A stretch of 64,000 bases of DNA. It comes from an uncultured Verrucomicrobiae bacterium (GTDB lineage: Bacteria > Verrucomicrobiota > Verrucomicrobiia > Chthoniobacterales > JAFAMB01). Location: positions 416,001 through 480,000 of the forward strand of contig CAWAIK010000001.1 in assembly GCA_963782115.1 (NCBI GenBank), given 5' to 3'. Made by a program: the position numbers and the translations under genes. A model generated the notes under the pieces. It searched no databases. It had not been told where the DNA came from and saw only the letters and a list, made by a program, of their open reading frames with translations. Of this stretch, positions 59,965-64,000 are shown one piece after another; position 1 is the first letter of the stretch, and the number at the start of each line of letters is the position of its first letter.

Positions 59965-62900
59965 CTATGCGGCAGGGGCCGGCACCAGGGCCGGTTTGGG
60001 AACTGTCGGAACATGGATCGGGCGAATCTTCCAGAATTTTGACTCATATCGATGCCAGTCTCCCAGGATCTCTTTTGCCCGGTCGCTTTCCGTCCGCTCA
60101 AGATGTTTGTAGACCAGCCTCTTCACAGTGACGATATCCACTTCGGTTTCGAGCCTTTCAAGCGCGACCAGTTCCGGATTCAAATTGAGTGGGAACGAAT
60201 CGTCCAGATCTAACACGTACGCGACTCCTCCGGTCATACCGGCTCCGAAGTTTTTCCCGGTACTTCCGAGAACTAGCAGGACGCCGCCTGTCATATACTC
60301 ACTGCCGTGATCGCCGACCCCCTCAATCACGGCGGTCACTCCTGAATTCCGCACGCCAAACCGCTCTCCAGCGCGACCAGCAGCGAAAAATTCTCCGCCG
60401 GTCGCTCCGTAAAGACAGGTATTGCCGACGATCGAGTTTTCGTGCGCGACGTATTTTCGCTCGGTGGGTGGCTTTACGACGATTTCACCGCCTCCCATGC
60501 CCTTGCCGACGTAATCGTTCGCTTCACCAGTCAACGTGATCTTGACACCGGGACTTAGAAACGCTCCGAGGCTTTGACCGGCGCTGCCACGCAGTTCCAA
60601 TTCGATCGTTCCTTCGGGCAGACCTTGCTCCCCCCAGAGGTAACCAATCTCTCCCGAAAGCTTGGTTCCAACTGCGCGGTTAGTGTTCTTGACCCGGTAA
60701 GAGAGCGTAATCGGCAACTGGTCGTTCACTGCTTCGCGCGCATCCTGCAGGATCGAGTCGTCGAGCCGCCTTCCGGGTTGGGGATCATTTCGTTCCCACG
60801 TATTGTGCCGTGGCTGCGAATCGTCATCTTTCGCGACATTCACCAGCAATCGACTCAGATTGACTTTGTTTGCCTTCCAGTGATCCTGGATATATCGCTG
60901 ACGCAGATATTCCACCCGTCCAACCAGGTCCGTGAAACTAGGAAGACCTATCTCCGCCATGATCGCTCGTACCTCTTCTGCAACTCCATTGAAGTAGTTC
61001 ACGACATATTCGGGCTTGCCCTTGAATTTCGCGCGCAGACGCTCATCCTGAGTCGCCACGCCGACTGGACATGTATTCAGGTGGCACTGCCGAACATAAA
61101 CGCAACCGGAGGCAATCAGCGCAGTTGTTCCGAAATTAAATTCTTCGGCCCCAAGCAATGCCGCAAAGACGATGTCTTCCCCGGTTCGGAGGCCGCCGTC
61201 CGTGCGCAGAATAATCCGGTTGCGCAAGCCGTTCAGCATCAGGACCTGGTGCGCTTCCGCAATTCCGAGCTCCCAGGCGCTACCCGCATTCTTAATTGAA
61301 CTAAGTGGTGAAGCGCCAGTGCCTCCTTCGTGGCCGCTGATAAGAATGATGTCGGCATGCGCCTTGGCTACGCCGGCGGCAATCGTTCCGACGCCTGCTT
61401 CCGCGACCAGTTTAACGCAGATTTTTGCTCGCGGATTGACTTGTTTCAGATCGTAAATTAACTGCGCCAGGTCCTCGATTGAATAGATATCATGGTGCGG
61501 CGGCGGGGAGATCAATGCCACCCCGGCGTGCTTTTTCGCAGCCGCGCAATCAATTCGGTAACCTTGTGGCCTGGTAATTGTCCTCCTTCGCCCGGTTTTG
61601 CGCCCTGGGCCATCTTGATCTCGATCTCTTTCGCGCTTGCGAGATAAGCGGCGGTGACGCCAAAGCGGCCCGCAGCGATTTGCTTGATCGCGCTGTTTGG
61701 CCAATCGCCATTTTTGCGGCGATGAAAACGTTGCGGGTCTTCGCCCCCTTCACCCGAATTGGATTTTCCGCCGATCTGATTCATCGCGATGGCGAGGCAC
61801 TCGTGTGCTTCCGGGCTCAGTGCGCCAAGGGACATGCCAGCAGTGGTAAATCGTCGTCGGATCTCTTCGATCGGCTCCACTTCTTCGATCGGGATCGGCT
61901 GTTTGCCTGTTGGAATTCGTTCCAACAGATCTCGCAGTGTATTTGGCCGGACCGCTTTGACCGCTTCGACGTACGCTTTGTAATCCTCTGGCTTGTTCGA
62001 TTTAACAAACGCGTGAAAGCTCTTGATCACCGGTGGCGTGACCGCATGCTGCTCACCCTGCCGCCGGAACCGGTAATAACCAGGGTCTCCCAGCTCAAGC
62101 GTTTTGTTCTCTTCAGGCAGCGCCTTTGAGTAGGCGTGTCTGTGCCTTGTCAGCGTCTCCGTCGCGATCTCTTTGAAACCGATGCCCTCGATTTTGGAGG
62201 ATGTCCCGGCAAAACATTTTTCGGTGAGCTCAGAGCTGATCCCGATCGCTTCGAAAATCTGAGCACCTCGATAGCTGTCTACGACCGAGATGCCCATTTT
62301 TGACATGATCTTCAGCAACCCCTTCTCGATCGCAACCTTGTAGTTGCGGACCATCTTTTCGTACGTCGCAGTTTCCCCGAGCTGGCCTTTCTCAAGCAAT
62401 TCTCGAATCGTTCCGTACGCGACGTAGGGGCAGACCGCGCTTGCGCCATATCCGATCAGGCACGCAATCTGATGCACATCCCGAGCTTCCCCGGTGTCGC
62501 AAATGATACTGCACTTCATTCGTTTTCCGATTCGGGTTAGATGATGATGAACGGCTGCGGTGGCGAGCAGCATCGGAATGGCAACGTGACCGTGATCTAC
62601 TCCTCGGTCAGAAAGAATAATCAGCCGCGCTGAATCATCGATGGCGCGTTCAGCTTCCGCAGAGATCCGATTCACTGCCTCTTCTATGCCCGTCCGCGCC
62701 TTCCGCAACATTCCACAGAATAGAGATTGTCGCCGATTTGTGGTCCGGATCCGGATATCGATCTCAAGGCATCGAGTTCATGCTGAAGCAATACCGGCGA
62801 ATCCGAGTGCACCATTTTGGCATGTTCAGGTGTCGCTCCGAGCAAATTACGGCGCCATCCCAGGAGGGTTGCCAGGGACATCACGAGTTTTTCGCGGATC

Positions 62901-64000
62901 GGATCGATCGGCGGATTGGTCACCTGCGCGAAGAGCTGTTTGAAGTAGGTGTAAAGCAACCTCGGCTGCAAAGAAAGAACAGCCAGCGGCGTATCATCCC
63001 CCATCGATCCGAGCGCTTCCTGGCCATCCTTGACCATCGGTTTCAGAACCATGTCGAGTTCTTCACTCGTGTACCCGAACGCTACCTGCAGCTGGGTCAA
63101 TTCCAGAATATCCAATTCCCCCGCAGGTGCGGGGATCGATTTGCCGGCAATTTGCTGCAGCCGGAGCAAATACGTATTGATCCACTCCAGATAAGGTTTT
63201 TCGGCCGAAAGCTGCTTTCTTGATTTCGGCGTCTCGCAAGAGTTTGCCCGCGCCGGTATCGACTGCGATCATCTCGCCCGGTGCAAGGCGCCCTTTCTCG
63301 ATGACCTTTGCGTCATCGATTTCGTTGCAGCCTACCTCAGAGCCAAGACTCACAAGCCCGTCTTCGGTGATCTTGTATCGCGCCGGTCGGAGTCCGTTTC
63401 GATCGAGACAGGCTGCGACGACGATTCCGTTGCTGAATATAAGTCCTGCCGGACCGTCCCAAGGTTCGGTAAAACATCGATGGTACTCGTAGTAAGCCTT
63501 GAGTTCCGGAGCCATTTTCTCGTCGGCGCGCCACGCCGGCGGCACAAGCATGGTCATCGCATGCAAGATGTCGCGTCCGGACAACATCAGCACTTCCATC
63601 GCGTTATCCAGGCTGGCCGAATCCGATCCTCCAGGTTGGATGATCGGCTTTAGGAGATCGACATCTTCGCCCCAGACTTCGGCCATCAACTCCGACTCCC
63701 GAGCACGCATCCAGTTGCGGTTGCCTCGAATCGTATTGATCTCGCCGTTATGCCCAAGAACGCGGAACGGTTGGCTGAGAGGCCAGGTTGGAAATGTATT
63801 GGTGCTATACCGTTCGTGGTAAAGGCATATCGCAGTCTCGTACTCTGGATTAGCGAGATCTCGATAAAATTTTTCGAGCGAGACCGCCGTTAACAAGCCT
63901 TTGTAAACAATCACCCGGTGCGAAAACGAAGCGATATAAAAATTTTTAATGTTATCGAGATGTGTGCGCGCCTCGATTTCATTTCGTGCGAGATACAGGC
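59965..64000 (-). CDS. gltB: Glutamate synthase large subunit, partial at the window end, several frameshifts (probable read errors)
   Basis: HNGEIN, EPWDGPA, FAQVTNPPIDPIRE, SNSGEGGED, PPPHHDIYSIEDL, CHLNTCPVGVATQ, GERFGVRNSG across four ORFs. Confidence 0.95.

Overview
A 64 kb bacterial chromosomal segment. Verrucomicrobiota (Chthoniobacterales/Spartobacteria-like soil lineage) is my inference from the style of RpoA and several lineage-typical proteins. It is mostly housekeeping and envelope genes: lctP, GT2/GT-C glycosyltransferases, TauE+USP, GreA-like, HAD, LMF1, PAS-PP2C, MFS, amidase, AKR, sirtuin, macrodomain, M14 peptidase, hemW, squalene synthase, purD, thiD, apaG, ygfA, beta-oxidation genes, tartrate dehydrogenase, rpoA-rplQ and gltB. 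No rRNA, tRNA or CRISPR array was seen. The most notable features are: (1) a decaying ribonucleotide reductase operon (nrdB'-dcd-nrdA') behind a sigma70 promoter, two NrdR boxes 31 bp apart and a half-deleted cobalamin riboswitch, whose R2 has class Ic-like (no radical Tyr) signatures and whose dcd alone is intact; (2) a 49-codon, in-frame internally deleted RAYT transposase gene, absent from the ORF track, flanked by inverted GTAG-REP doublets and next to a second GTAG hairpin family; (3) a 339-bp ISAzo13-derived non-autonomous element with terminal inverted repeats and a TTA duplication, in two copies; (4) a long palindromic dispersed repeat and a 22-unit heptamer array; (5) a calpain-like protease paired with a histidine phosphatase; (6) several apparent pseudo-enzymes. 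Single-base frameshifts in rpoA, gltB and the fad genes near the right end are probably sequencing errors. All family calls come from motif recognition by eye, not from database searches.
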